From Protoeuglena noctilucae (Eukaryota), in NCBI GenBank assembly GCA_958009085.1, contig OY253687.1, positions 1 to 64,000 of the forward strand: 64,000 nt of DNA, written 5' to 3'. Made by a program: the position numbers and the translations under genes. A model generated the notes under the pieces. The model made no database searches. It had not been told where the DNA came from and saw only the letters and a program-made list of their open reading frames with translations. This document shows positions 12,772 through 26,000 of this stretch, piece by piece (positions within the stretch are counted from its first letter, which is position 1; the number at the start of each line of letters is the position of its first letter).

Positions 12772-13943
12772 CTCGCCTGCACCAGTGTCTTGGCGTGCCC
12801 CGCCCCCACGCCCATGTACTTGCGCATGGCTACGTAAAGCATCGCGTTGACGATGACCTTGTACACCCGGGGGTGGGGGCTGTTGAGGATGCTGCCGGAC
12901 TCGCCGTATAGGAGGAGGCGAAGACCTGAGGGGAAGAGGGGTGGGGGGAGAGGTGGGGGGTGTGGAGAGCAGTGGTGGGGGGTGCGTAGCGGGGCAGTGT
13001 GCGGACAGTTGCCGTGGGTGCAGTGCAGGGCAGAGTGACAGGCAAAGGACTGATATCGACTCTCCCAGGTATGATAAACAACCACCCTTACTCACCAGCG
13101 CGCCGAATGTGCCGATGCATGCAAGGATGATGGGGGCGGCCAGGCTGGGGAACTTGAGGCCCGCCTCAGCCATGGATGCCAGGGTGGAGCTGAGCATCAG
13201 ACTGCGGGGGTGAGACGGGCGACAGATGGTAACAGTCAGTTGCAAAGGCAGGTGGTCGTGACAGCTGACACTCACACACGCGAGGCTGCCCCAGGACAGC
13301 TGTGCGTTCTTCTGCGCATCGCTGCGGATCGATGCGCAATCCATGGCAGTCATCGCACAATGATCCTCGCCTGTGCAGCGCAGTGACGGCGACGGTGACG
13401 GGGCGCGAGGAGAGCAGGTCGCGCACTTTGTTGGGCGCGTAGTCGATCAGCCAGGTGATGGCCATGGTGAGGAAGACGATGTACGGGTCCTCAAACATCA
13501 GAAGCGGCTGCGGGGGGAGCGAGCGGGGGGCGCGGCATCGGGATCGGCGCGGGGAGGGGCGAGGGACCAGGTTGCGACTTGCGGGAACAAGCGCCACTCG
13601 CCAATCCAAGCAGCACGTTCGCGATGGTCACGCCACCGAAGCTCCCGACGTACGTGACGACGCAGGCGGCCAAAACCGACGCGGGTCGCTCGTCCATGAC
13701 CATCTGCCGCACCAGGGCCCCGATCTTGAACACGTGACCTGCGCGACAGGCCGGGAGATGGCCGCGATCGCCACGCGAAGCGGCACTGTGTGCGGCTACG
13801 GATGCGGGAGCAAGCCCGGTCCGACGCGCAGGCCAATTTCAGGCCCAGCTGGCCCCTCCCATTTTGCGCAGCTTACCAGCGTAGATGACATGCTTGGGGA
13901 TCTCTCCAAAGAGGTCCTGAAGCGAGGCGAGGATCTCTGCCAT
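12772..13943 (-). CDS. TRIC (TMEM38-like) trimeric intracellular cation channel, 3' end cut by the gap
   Basis: Spliced product ...YVGSFGGVTIANVLLGLPLLMFEDPYIVFLTMAITWLIDYAP...PIILACIGTFGA matches the TRIC pattern FGGG-x-LL-x-P...W-x-x-x-Y-x-P as I recall it; several TM helices. The phase of intron 4 is unresolved. Confidence 0.7.
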
Positions 13944-14607
13944 GGGAAACGCGGCGCTATCCGGGGCGGCCGCGGGCCAGGATGCTGGAGGGGAGCGATG
14001 TCCGGCAGACACCCTTTTCGGACCGGGTACACCTCCTGACGCACAGAATTCACACAACTATCAGCGCTGCCGCTGCCACGGCCCGCTCCACGCCGGTCCC
14101 CGGTCCACTTTACCCGCATGCCAGAGGTGGCAGCCGCGAAGACCGCCCGGGGCGCCCGCGATCGGCCACAGTGATGTGTTCCGCCACTAACGACAGGACT
14201 TGGCTATCCTTATCGTGCATGGCTCGGGATTTTCGGCAGGTGAGTCCAAACTGCCCCCCACGTCGCCGGCTCCGCGCCTCAGCTCTGTATTCGGGCTTTC
14301 TGCATGCGATCGCGGACCAAGGAGTCTGTCGTGCGCTCCAGCCCGCTTCCTATCGCCCGGGGTGGCGTTCTCTCGCGCACTTGGAAAACTCGGGTGCCAT
14401 TCCGTCTGGACGCCCCGGGACGCGGCGCGGCGCCGGCGTTCGTCGGGAGGCGCCTTTTCCGCTGCGCTGGGCGTCTGCACCCCATGCCCGGGTCCGCCCT
14501 CGTCGCAGAGAGCCTGAACGGTTTCACGGCCGGGCAGGCCGTCGGGCCGCCTGCCGTAGCGGTCCATTCGGGCCCTCAGTGAGGACGGAGCGCCTCACGC
14601 GGCCGCG

Positions 14608-17600
14608 ATGAGCCAGAGACCGACGCACCCGACGGCCAACTGGGCCCCGACGCCCGACGAGCACGACGCCGCAGATGGAGCCCGCGACACGCTGCACAAG
14701 GACACGGGTGGGGCGCGCGAGGCTCTTTCCGCATCTCATGCATGTCCCGGTCACCCCGCATGCGCGCGGGGCCGCTGCGCGGCGACTAAGCGCGCCTGTC
14801 CGCCCCCCGCGCAGGCACGGCCCTCGGGACCGCGCCGCTGCCCGCGAGCGGGTCGGAGGCCAAGGTTCGGAACTCGCAGCACGAGGAATCTGCAATCCAC
14901 TCGTCCTCCGGGTGAGCGGCCCGCACGGCGGCCGGGCCGGGCGGCGGCAACGGCGCCCCCAACTGCACACTTGTTGCGCGACCCCGCGCTCGTCCACTTC
15001 GCCTCTCGCAGAGAGTCGGACCAAATGGAGTCGCGGGACCATTTGGAGGACCTGCCGACGGTGGTTCGGCGGCAGCGGCGGAGGGGTGCGGGGGCCAGCT
15101 CTGGGCGGGTGCGCGTGGCCCCAGAGAGCCTGAGCAACTACGGCGCTGCGCTGGCGGCGGACGTGGCGGTGGCTGCGGCGTCGGTTGGCGCCCGCCGCGC
15201 CTACCCCCCCGTGGAGATCCCCCCCGCGGAGTCCCCTTCCGCTTCCGGCTCCGACACGGCCAGCGTGCCCTCCCGGTCCGTGGGCGCATCCGTGGGGGCG
15301 TCCGTGGGCGCGAGGGCCGCCCCCTCCGCCGCCGACGTGCGCGGCCGCGACGACGCCGCCGGCCGCGGCTACCTCCCGTCCATCCAGGAGTGGTCGCGGC
15401 GTGCAAGCGACTCGGGGCGTGCGGACATGGGTCCCCGGCGGGAGTCGAACGGCGGCATGGCTTCCGGCGCGTCGTCGTCCATGCTGGCCCCGACGGGACT
15501 GGGGATGCTCCCGGCCGGCATCTACCTGCCTGCGATGGAGGAGAGCGGGTCCCCCCCACGCACGCGCGCGGGTGACCGCGAGCGTGAACGTGACAGGGAG
15601 AGAGAGAGGGAGAGGGACACGCGGCGGGCGAGGGGGGGCAGGAACGAGCGTCCTCGTGGCGCGGGGGACGGCGCGGGCGCGCGTGGCAGCCCGGAGGAGG
15701 TGTCGCAGCGTGCAGTCGATCCCATGAAGAGCATGTCCATGCGGTACGCCAGGATCGGGGCGGGGGCGGGGGGTGACGGCGCGGGTGGTGCGGGCCGCGG
15801 GCGTGGGAGCGACGAGGGCCGGGGGGGTGCCGCTGTTGGCGGTGCGCGCCCGCTCTTGTCCCCCTCCTCCACCACGGCAGGCGCGGCGTCGACTCCCCAG
15901 GCTGAGCTGGCGAGTCGCCTGTTGATCCCGGCCGAGTCGATCGAGATCGACATGGCGGTGCCGGAGCTGGGCAGGGGGGGCTTCGCAGTGGTGCGACGCG
16001 GCAAGTACCGCCCCAACATGCGGGGCCCGGCCAAGGACGTTGCTGTAAAGATCTACACGAGTGACCGGTCGCTGACCCAGGCGCAGCTGCGGGAAGAGGT
16101 GGTGAAGTTCCTCGACGTGGTGCTGCACTGCACGCACGTGGCCAAGATGTACGGGTTCACGCAGGTGAGGGGGTGGGGCATTGCGCATCGTGCTGTGAGG
16201 GGTGGGGTGGGGTGTGAGGGGTGATGTGAGGGTGCTGTAAGGGCGGGGGGGGGGGGGGTTGAACAGGCTCTGTGCGTGGTTGGGATAGGGTGGGAAGGGG
16301 CCAAATGGGCTGCGGTGGCAACTGCCGCCCCCCAACACTCCGCTCCCTCTCTCATGGTATCCCTGATGTCGTATAATTTTCAAGCTTAATCATAACTCTC
16401 TCTCCCTCCGCCCCCAGTTCCCCGAGGGCCACTCCTTCCCCGGCAGCGCCATCGTGATGCACCTGTACCCCCAAGACCTGCGGCAGTATTTGAAGCGGCA
16501 CGCCCCGGACCCACCAGCCGTCGAGGAGGCACTGCGCATCGCCATGGAGATGGCCTGGTGAGATGTATGGGAGATGGCATGCATGAGTGACGACGGAGGG
16601 GGGTATGTATGGTATCATGGCATGCATGTGTGATATGTGTGATGACGGAGTGAGGGGGTGTAAGATAGATAGTACTATGAGATGCCCCTTCCATGTTCTA
16701 CCCACACTCATCACACCGCAACCACACCACCACCACCAACCAACCCCCTCCCCCCCCCATCCCCACCCCCCCAGGGGCCTCCAGTCCATCCACGAGGAGC
16801 TGGGCGCAGCACATTCCGACCTCAAGCCCCAGAACGTGCTGCTGGACCACAAGCTGGGGGTGCACATCAGCGACTTCGGCGCACTGAAGGCGCTCGGCAG
16901 CGACAAGCAGGTGGCGGTGGAGGCGTATACGCTGGCCTACTGCGCCCCGGAGCAGGCGGAGGAGCAGGGGGGGCTGCTGTCCACGGCCAGCGACGTGTGG
17001 GCGCTGGGGTACATCGCGGTGGAGCTGCTGGTGGGGCGGAGGGCGTGGAAACCACGACAAGCGCCGGACTGGGACGCTTTGCCCGCCCACGTCCCCCGCG
17101 ACCTGGTGGACACGCTCAAGCAGTGCTTCCACTTCGAGCCCGACCGGCGCTGCACGGCGCGCGACGTGGCGGAGGCGCTTGAGGAGGCGCTGAGGGCCGC
17201 GCACGGCAACCCGCGGCTGCAATTGCCGGCGCAGATGCCGTCGGGGCTGAAGGCCTTCTGGAAGGCGGAGGTGAAGGGAGGGGGAGATGGGGGTGGCTGG
17301 GGGCAAGCTCTCACCCACTCACTGACACACACTCACTCCCCCCCATCGATCGCAGCTCTCCTCCGACACGGACCGCGTCCCCTGGGACACCTTCCGCACC
17401 GCCCTGCGCCGCCTGGCCCTGAGCCGCCCCAAGGTCTCCACGGTGCTGGACCGGGCCAACGAGGCGGTGGTCGCGGCGCTGCAGCGGATGCGGGTCGTGG
17501 TGCGGAGCGCGCACAAGAAGGACCCCTTCCTGGGTGAGATATGAGAATAGAGGGGTGATGGAGTGATGTGTGGGAAGAGAACAAGAAGGACCCCTTCCTG

Positions 17601-20600
17601 GGTGAGCAGTGGGGGATGGGGGTTGATGGAGCGACGTATGGAATGTGCGAATGTGATGTATGTGCATTACTGTGCTAGTAATACACAAGGACCCCTTTCT
17701 TGGATGAGAGTGGGGGTGTGGGAGTTGTCGTACATGTGGGGTACGGTAGCGTGTGCCGCCATCCATCCCACACACACCACACACACAGAAACACACACAC
17801 ACACCCCTACCCCCACCCCCCCAGACATCGTGCTCATGGCTCGCCTGGATCCCAGCCGGACGGGGGTGGTGGAGGCGTCGCAGCTTTACGCGACCTACCT
17901 GGAGCTCACCACGTGGCTTCGGCAGCACGGGCAGGCGACGGGGCTGAAGGACGTGGCGGACATGGAGGAGATGGTGCAGGTGGGAGAGAGATGGGGGGTG
18001 TTAGTGGTGGTTGACTGGGGTGAATGTGCTGTGTTGAGAGTGGCCAACATGGAGGAGATGGTGCAGGCGAGGGGTGGCAGTGAATAGCACACATGGGTGA
18101 TGGTTGGATTGCATCAGACAGGGTGGTGATGGTGCAGGGGAGAGACGAGGGGGCGACAGCGGTGGTGTAGCTAGGGTGATTGCATGGTGTGTGACGGGGC
18201 AGAGATGGAGCAGGCGAGAGAGACACAGTGGTCGATTGATGGTGCTACCGCATGCGAGGGTGGTGGACAGGGCAACGGGCCGGAGTGTCCGCCCCACCTC
18301 ACCACGCATCCTCACCCCCCCCTCTCTTCATCACGAACTCCCACCCACACCCCACCCCCCACCCACCCCAGGTCCTCGCCGCCCAGTGGCAGATGGACGG
18401 CGCCAGTGCCGACGTGGCATTGGACGTCTACACGCGCGTCAAGCAGGAGCACCTTCGCAGGGTGCTCGACCACGCGGCCTACGCCCAGAGCGTGGATCGC
18501 ATGCGGAAAGAGGCGCAGAGGATGCAGCAGGGGACGCGCGTGTGGCTTCAGCGCATCGTAGACCACTGGATGGGCGCCGAGGGGAGCGTGTCCGCGCTGG
18601 CCTCCCAGGGGGCCTTCGCGTCCCAGCCGTCTGCGGGCATGCACAGGTGGGGGAGGATAGGGTGATTGGGTGATGTTGATTGGATTGGATTGGATTGGAT
18701 TGGATTGGATTGGGGGGGATGTAGTAGCGTGGAGTGTAGTAGCGGGGAGGTAGCTTGCGTGACTGCCCACTCATTACCGCACCCCTCACCACCCCCGCTC
18801 CCCCCCCCCCCCGCAGCCGCGGCCGCCCCCCCGGCACCCCCCGCGGCGGCAGCACCCGCGAAGGCCTGGGCGCCCCCCCCAGCCTGGGCGGCACGTCGCT
18901 GGGCACGTCGGCCCCCCCCACGCGCGTGGACAGGGACCGGAAGGTCATGGCCATCGTGGGGCCGGGCGGGTTCGGGAAGACGGTGTTCGCGGCAGCCATG
19001 TGCGCGGCCAAGGTGAGGGGGTGGGGTGGGGTGTGGTGGGGGTAGCGGGGTGGGGTGGGGTGGGGTGGGGGTAGCGGGGGTGGGGGAGGTGGCAGGGAGA
19101 TCTGCGACGGAAGCATTCTGCATGCATGCGTGAGCATCGAGCATCCCGTGCCACCGTCGTTACCTCTCATAGTGCCACGTGAGCACTCCCATGACTTCCC
19201 ACCACGCTCACCCCCCCTCTCCCCCCATCGTAGAGAACGGAGGTGAAGGCGTTCCACTTCTGCCACAGCGCCGACGAGGCGACCCTCTCCGCCCGGGGCC
19301 TGATCCACTCCATCGCCTACCAGCTGGCGTGCAACGTCCCCCAGTCGTTCGAAGCGGTGCTGGACGCGGCCGTTGCCATGCAGGACGTGGACGAGCGACA
19401 GGCCGGGGGGTCGCACGTCACCACCGCGTTCGCGGAGCTGCTGGAGGGGCCGCTGAACGGCGCGTATGCGCAGAACGCGGGCTTGCCCCCCACGCTCGTG
19501 GTGATAGACGGCGTGGACAAGATGCCCCCCCGCGAGTGCGCGCTGCTGCTGGGGCTGGACTGGGAGGCGCTGCCGCTGCGCGTGCTGCTGCTCTCGCGCG
19601 ACGCGGCGCTGTCGACGCTGCGGGGACGCGCGGCGTGGGTCGACCTGCAGCAGTACCGCGCGGAGCTGGAGAGCGACGTGGAGCTGTACGCACGCGCCCA
19701 GCTGCAGTCGCTGGTCTCTGCCGACGAGCTGGACGTTGCCGTGCGCGCCCTCGTGCACCACTCCGGGAAGTCCTTTTTGTACATGCGCATGATCGTGGCG
19801 CAGGTGGTGGGCAGGGGCGGGCCCTGGACAGCGCAGGAGCTGTGGGAGCTGCCGGCGAATTTGGAAGACATCTTCGAGGGGGACCTGGCGCAGGTGATGA
19901 TTAGTGACAATGATACACATTAATCAACGACATAGTAGATGGCATGCGTGGGTGTGTTGATGATGACATCTTCGAGGGGGACCTGGCGCAGGTGACAGAG
20001 ATAGGGGGTGATGGTTAGGGACATTGATGCACATCGATTGACAGATATAGATAGCAGTACTGGTAGATGGCACGCGTGCAATGGGGTGAGGGCGTCTTCG
20101 AGGGGGACCTGGCGCAGGTGAGGGATGGGGACTGATCAGCGACAGTAATAAGCGACAGTAATAGATCGGTACGTAGCGTGTACCTGCGCATACATCAATG
20201 CATCGCAACCATCCACATACCGTATCCTCACCTCTCCACCCCCCTCTCACCACCCCCAGGTCTACGACGGCCTCGACCCCGACATGCGGCAGCGCGTGGA
20301 GGGCCTGCTGCAGGTGATGGTGGCGGCCAGCGAGCCCCTGCGCGTGGCCGAGGCGGCGGACCTGCTCCGGAACGCGCGGACGGGGGAGCCCCTGCGGCCG
20401 GCGGACGTGGTCACGCTGCTCTACCGACTGCACGTGAGTGCCTAAAGGGGGGGGGGGGGTGTTTGCGCGAGTTGGTGTGTACGTCCGCGGCTGTATTCTC
20501 CGCACATGAGTGGGCGTGAATGGGTGTGTGTGATGATGTTGATGAGTCGGGGAGAGTGGGCCAGCGTTGCTGTAACTGTAATCATCAACATCCCCTCCCC

Positions 20601-22866
20601 CACCGCGCCCCACTCACACCTCCCCCCACCCCTCCAATCAACCCCAGGAGCTGGTGGAGGTGTCGGACGGCGGCCCCGAGGCCCTCCGCACCCTCCACTT
20701 CCACCATTTAAGCATGCGAGACTGGATGCTGGCGCGGGCGGGCGTGCGCGCGGGGCGGCCGGACCGCAAGCGCGACGAGGCCGCCGCACGCCGCGCCTTT
20801 TTGGCGGACTTGCACGAGCAGATGGCGGTGCGGTGCATCGCGGTGGTTCATCGGCTGCACATTCATGACTTGTTCTCTTCCCACCCCATCTACATGGGCA
20901 GCGCCCACACGTACGTGCTCAGGCACACGGCCCGGCACCTCATGGTGCCGCTGGACATCGAGCTCGAGGCCATCGGGGCGGCCACCAAGGCGAGACGTGC
21001 ATGCGTAGTCTATACATGTGGGGGAATGCGCATACGTGTGGGGGAACCAGTATGCGTGGGGAGGGATGCGGGGGGGGGGGGGGGGGGGTGGGTGTATGGG
21101 CTCTGCCTCTCCTGCATGCTCTCTCTTTCGCCATCGCTCTCTCTCTACCACCCACTCGCTCTCACCGCACCCCTTCTCATCCACATGCTCATTCACTCAC
21201 ACTCCTTCCCTCACCCTCACCCCCAACCCCCCCCCCCCCCCCACCCCCAGCAGCAACCCCTGGTCACCCGCGAGGCCTTCCTGCGCATCCTCGCCCTCAC
21301 CTGCCAGGTGGTCACCAACGTGGCGCTGGCACGCGCGCACCTGGAGGCGGGGGAGCTGCGGTTCCAGGACTTCATCACCGACGTGGGGGCACTAGTGCGC
21401 AAGATCCACGCGCTGTATCGACTGAGGGAGGACCTCAAGGGGGGGGTGACAGCGACTGCAGGAGTGGGCGCGAGGGGCAAGCGTGGTGCGAGGGGCGGGA
21501 ATGAGCTGCTGCTGCCGGGGATGGGGGCGGCGGCGGGGGCGGCGGGGGGAGAGGCGGCGGGGGCGGCCGACGCGGACGAGCGGAGCAAGTGAGTGCTGGA
21601 AAGGGAGATGATGTGAATGACAGTGGGAGTGAATGGAGACGCGGACGAGCGGAGCAAGTAAGTTTGTGTGGGTGGGGGTGGGGGTGAGATTGATTTGAAT
21701 TTGAATGAATGAGGGAGTGCATGGGGACGCGGACGAGCGGGGTGTCTCGCTCCCTTCCCCCCCATCGCATCGCATCTCACCCACCACCCCCCCATTCCCC
21801 CAACCCAGGATCCGCACGCAGCTGCGCAACCTGAAGGAGATGCTCCACTTCCTGGGCTCCCTCCAATCCTACGCCTCCTCCCCCGAGGCCGCGTCCCTGC
21901 TCTTCCAGGCCATCATGTCCTGCCCCGAGGGCACCTTCCCCCGCACGCTGGGGGAGCACCTGGCGATGGACCCGGAGCTGCCGCTGCACGCTTGCCTGGT
22001 AGAGGACGGGGCCAGGATGCCCGCGCCGCTGGTAAGTTTTCTGTGAAGGGGGGGGTGTATGGGGGGGTTGGGTTTGATGAGGGGGGAGTGGGTGGGGTGT
22101 TTTCTGTTGCTCATCTCCCCGTCTCTCTTCTCTCCCACCGTCGCGCACTCTCACTCTCCCACCCACTCAATCACTCACGCCCACTGCCATTCACCCCCAC
22201 TCACCCCCCTCTCAGGTCGCGTCCCTGGCCATCCACAGCCACCCATAGCCACTCTCACCATCACTCTCCCACTCACTCATCCACCCCCCCCTCCCCAGGT
22301 CGCATCCCTGGCCATCCACAGCCACCCCGTGGCGGACGTGGCCGTCACCGGCGACGGCGCGCTGGTCGCGTCGGTCGCGTGCAACGAGGAGGACATGCAG
22401 GGAGAGAGCCACGTGGCGGTGTGGAGCGTGGCCGCGGGGAGGTTCCGCGGTTACCTGGGCACCATGAGCGGGGCATCGCTGGCGTGTGTGACGGCCGACA
22501 GGGGCGGGAGGGTGTTTGCGGCGGGGGGGGTGGACGGGCGGCTGTACCTGTGGGAGGTGAGGGTGGGGAGTAGCAGCTGCAGTAGCAGTGTTGGTGATGG
22601 TGATAGTGGGCGGGGCTGCCTGATTTGATGGCAGTGGTGGCTGTTTGCAGCGTTCGCGTCGCCCACCATTCCCTACCCACTCACAACACACAAACAACAA
22701 CCACACACACCCCCCCCCCCACCCCTCCCCCATCTACCCAGGTGATTCTCCCCGCCGGCCAGGCTTCCTCCACCGCCACCGGCAGCAGCACCATGCCCGT
22801 GAGGGAGGGGAGCGGCTACGGCACCACGGCCGGCCCCACCGCGCTGATGCGCGAGGCGCCCCCCTC
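14608..22866 (+). CDS. Kinase + EF-hand-like + NACHT/STAND NTPase + WD40 protein (NLR-like), 3' end cut by the gap
   Basis: Kinase: LGRGGFAVV, VAVK, HSDLKPQNVLL, DFG, YCAPE, SDVWALG. NACHT: AIVGPGGFGKT, AFHFC, SIAYQLA, LVVIDGVDK, VLLLSR, FLYMRMI, LPANLEDIF, FHHLSMRDW. WD40: HSHPVADVAVTGDG, AAGGVDGRLYLWE. Start codon uncertain. Confidence 0.85.
18678..18712 (+). repeat. (GGATT)n microsatellite in an intron
   Basis: gattggattggattggattggattggattggattg. Confidence 0.9.
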
Positions 22867-23066
22867 NNNNNNNNNNNNNNNNNNNNNNNNNNNNNNNNNN
22901 NNNNNNNNNNNNNNNNNNNNNNNNNNNNNNNNNNNNNNNNNNNNNNNNNNNNNNNNNNNNNNNNNNNNNNNNNNNNNNNNNNNNNNNNNNNNNNNNNNNN
23001 NNNNNNNNNNNNNNNNNNNNNNNNNNNNNNNNNNNNNNNNNNNNNNNNNNNNNNNNNNNNNNNNNN
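22867..23066. other. Assembly gap (200 N)
   Basis: Run of 200 N. Confidence 0.98.
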
Positions 23067-26000
23067 CCTTCCCTTCCGCGCAGAGGGGTGGCGGGGGAAC
23101 GACCAGGCGTCAACACACCCGCACTGCCACCCGCACCCGCACCCGCACCTGCACCCCCACCCCCGCTGCCACCCCCGCTGCCCCCTCCTTTGCCACTCCC
23201 CGGCGTGCGCCCCGTGCGCAATCGCCTACTTGCCAGCGTCTCATCCCCATCCCCATCACTCGACTCATCCTCCTCACTAGATGCAGACCCATAGCAACTC
23301 CCACCCTTACCACCGCTCTTACCACCACTCTCACCAGCACTCTTACCACCACCCCCACCACCGCTCCCAAACAGCCGCCGCGTCACAAGTTGCTCCCCCT
23401 CCCCCACTGACCCCCCCTCCCGCACCTCCCCACTCCGCACCCCACCGCTCTTGCTGGTCGGCGTGGGGGTGTTTGAAACCCCGGGCGACGAGCCAGTCTT
23501 GCGTGTTGGGGGCGAGGCGGTGCTGCCGCTGCTCGTCTTTTTATGCGATGCTTTGGATCCCGGCAACTGGCACTCGAAGTCTCTCAGTAGCTGGGAGGGC
23601 TGGATGGTGCGTCGGGGGCGCGAGGTGGCGGGGGAGGTGGGGTGGGGTGGGTCGGAGGTGAGTGGTGAGATTGCGGGGGCGTCGTCCTGCGACTGGAGAG
23701 AGAAGGGGGAGGGTGTGGTGAGTGGGGTGGAAAGGGATTGATGGGTGGACGGGGGTGGTGAGAAGGGGCGATGAATGCTGCTATCACCCCACCCCCTCGG
23801 CTGCGACACCACCACTCCTGCGTTAACACTGACCATGGCAATCGTCCATCACAACAACAAACCCCAATTTCACTCCCATTCACCCCCATCTACATCCATC
23901 CCCTCACCTGCGACATCACCACCCCCCGCAGCGGCGTCCTTCGCGGCACCGACCGCGCGAAACGGTCGGACTCTGGCGAGTCGGGGCATTCCCCTATGCG
24001 GTCCCCAGTTCGATCCCCACTGCGGGCCCCATTGCAGTCCACGCCGATTGCGGCCGGCAGGGGCCGGTCGGACCCCACCGCGCCCCCCACGCTCAGCTGC
24101 CCCTTCCCAGCCACCCCGCTCCCCTGCTTGCCACCCCCTGCCAACCCCGCACCCGCCTTTATGCCATTTGCACCCCCCTGCTTGCCGCCCACCGCCCCCG
24201 CCGCCACCCCCGCACTCGTCTGCATGTCGACAGCACCCCCCTGCTTGCCGGTTGCTGTGCCCCGCACCCGCGGCGACGGCGGCGGCATCTGCGCCCGGTC
24301 ATCGTCGCCCCCAGTAGCAATGACAGTGGCAGTGGCAGTGGCAGTGGTGGGCGCATCGCGGTGACGGGGGCGTGAACCCAAGTTGGGGTCTTGGGAGTGG
24401 GTCTGCAGTGGGGGAGGTAGCAGGGGGTAAGTAAGTGAGTTGGCATGTTTGAACATGACAGCGCAGTTCGGGAAGTAAGGGGAGCAAGGCAGCGGGTGGG
24501 CGTCTAAGCAAGCGCGCGTGCGGGTGCGCCATGCACCACCAACCCCATCAACACCGAACCATTAACGTTTCATACAATCCCTCAATGTTTCACGCAATCC
24601 GAGGCATCAGAGATGTTTCATACAACCACCTGCACCCACCTGGAACGCGTAGGGGTCCGCCTGACTGGCGGGCTGACTCAGGTGCGCCTCCCACGCCGCC
24701 ACGCCACCCCCCGCGCCCCTCTCCCCCCTCCGCAACCCCTCTCCCGCCCGCGCACGCGTCACCCACCCCGCCCCCGCCGCCACAGGCGCACCCGCACCCA
24801 CCGCCGCCCCCAGCCCCCACAGCCCCGCACCCGCACTTGCATTCACACCCACATCCTCACTCTCTCGCCCTCCCTCATCCGTTGTTTCGTCTTCTGACCC
24901 CGGCATGAGCGAGTCGAGGAGCCTCTCTGCGTCAGCGATGGCCATGCCGGGGAGGGGGGGGCAGGGACGGGGGGGGTGGGGGGGCGGTGGCGGTGGTGGT
25001 GGTGGTGGTGGGTGCGGGTGCAGTGGTGGCATTGGCAACTGCCATCGACTTGGCAGTAGTAGTAGCAGCTGTAGCAGCGACCATCGGCAGCGACGCTGAC
25101 ACTGGTGCCGATGCCGCGACAGCCGCCGATGTCGCTACCAATGGCGATGGGGCGGTTGTGCTTGGTGCAACCGCCATCAATGCTGGGGTTGCTGTCGGTG
25201 CCGCCACCCCCGCCGGCGCTGCGCCTGCGATCCCTGCACCCGCACCCGCAGTTGCCACCGCCAACCGCGGCCACTTATGCCCGCCCATCTCCCCCCCCTC
25301 CCCCCCACCCCCGCCGTCCCCCCCGCTCCACCCCCCCGTCCCAAACTCCAGCGATGCGACGCCCACCCCTCCCCCCGACTGCTCCGGCGATCGCGGCGGC
25401 GATCGCGAGGGTGATCGGGACCCCCTCTCATCGTAAGCACCCTTCGCGTTCCATGCAACCCCTAACGAGGGCGCTTGGCTGTCTGGAGCCATGTCCGCCA
25501 TGCTCCCCACGCACCCCGCGCTGCTCTGCGGTGCGCTGCTGGGCCCCCAGCGATTGTCGAAGAGGAGAGAGGGGGGAGGGGCGAAGGCGGGGGCGGGGGG
25601 GTCCAGGGGGGTGAGGCCGCGGCTGATGCTGATCTGGGTCTGAAGGGGGGTAGAGAATGGGGGACGTTGTCAATTATTATAGTCATGTTCGTCATAGGTA
25701 GCATGGTGAAGTGTGGATCACAAGATGTTGGTCATGCAGATGGGCTGGTAGGGTCAGGGCACGAAACGCAACTGACAAGAAAGCACCTCACGCTACCCAG
25801 ACACGTACCACTCTTATCCATCTATCGTCCCATCACCCCACATCCCACCCCTCACCTGCTGGCTGTCCGGCACCGCCCCCACCGCCCCGCCCCTCGCATC
25901 CCTCGCATCCCCGCCCGTCGCCACCGTCCCCTCCCCCCCACTCGCGCTCCCCACCCCCGCACCGCTCCCCAAACCTCTCACCCTCTCCCTCACCGCCCGT

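Noticed and set aside
12926..13095. Frameshift or pseudogene in the TRIC gene
   Set aside because: The obvious donor and acceptor are out of phase, but a GT 10 nt downstream restores frame and the site is near a contig end; unresolved without RNA data.
12400..13353. ORFs ending in (TL)n or crossing N runs
   Set aside because: Translation of telomeric repeats and gaps.
5907..19920. Long antisense or alternate-frame ORFs (e.g. 6119-7459, 10151-11335, 14524-16383, 18439-19920)
   Set aside because: Shadow ORFs expected from high GC3; no recognisable motifs.
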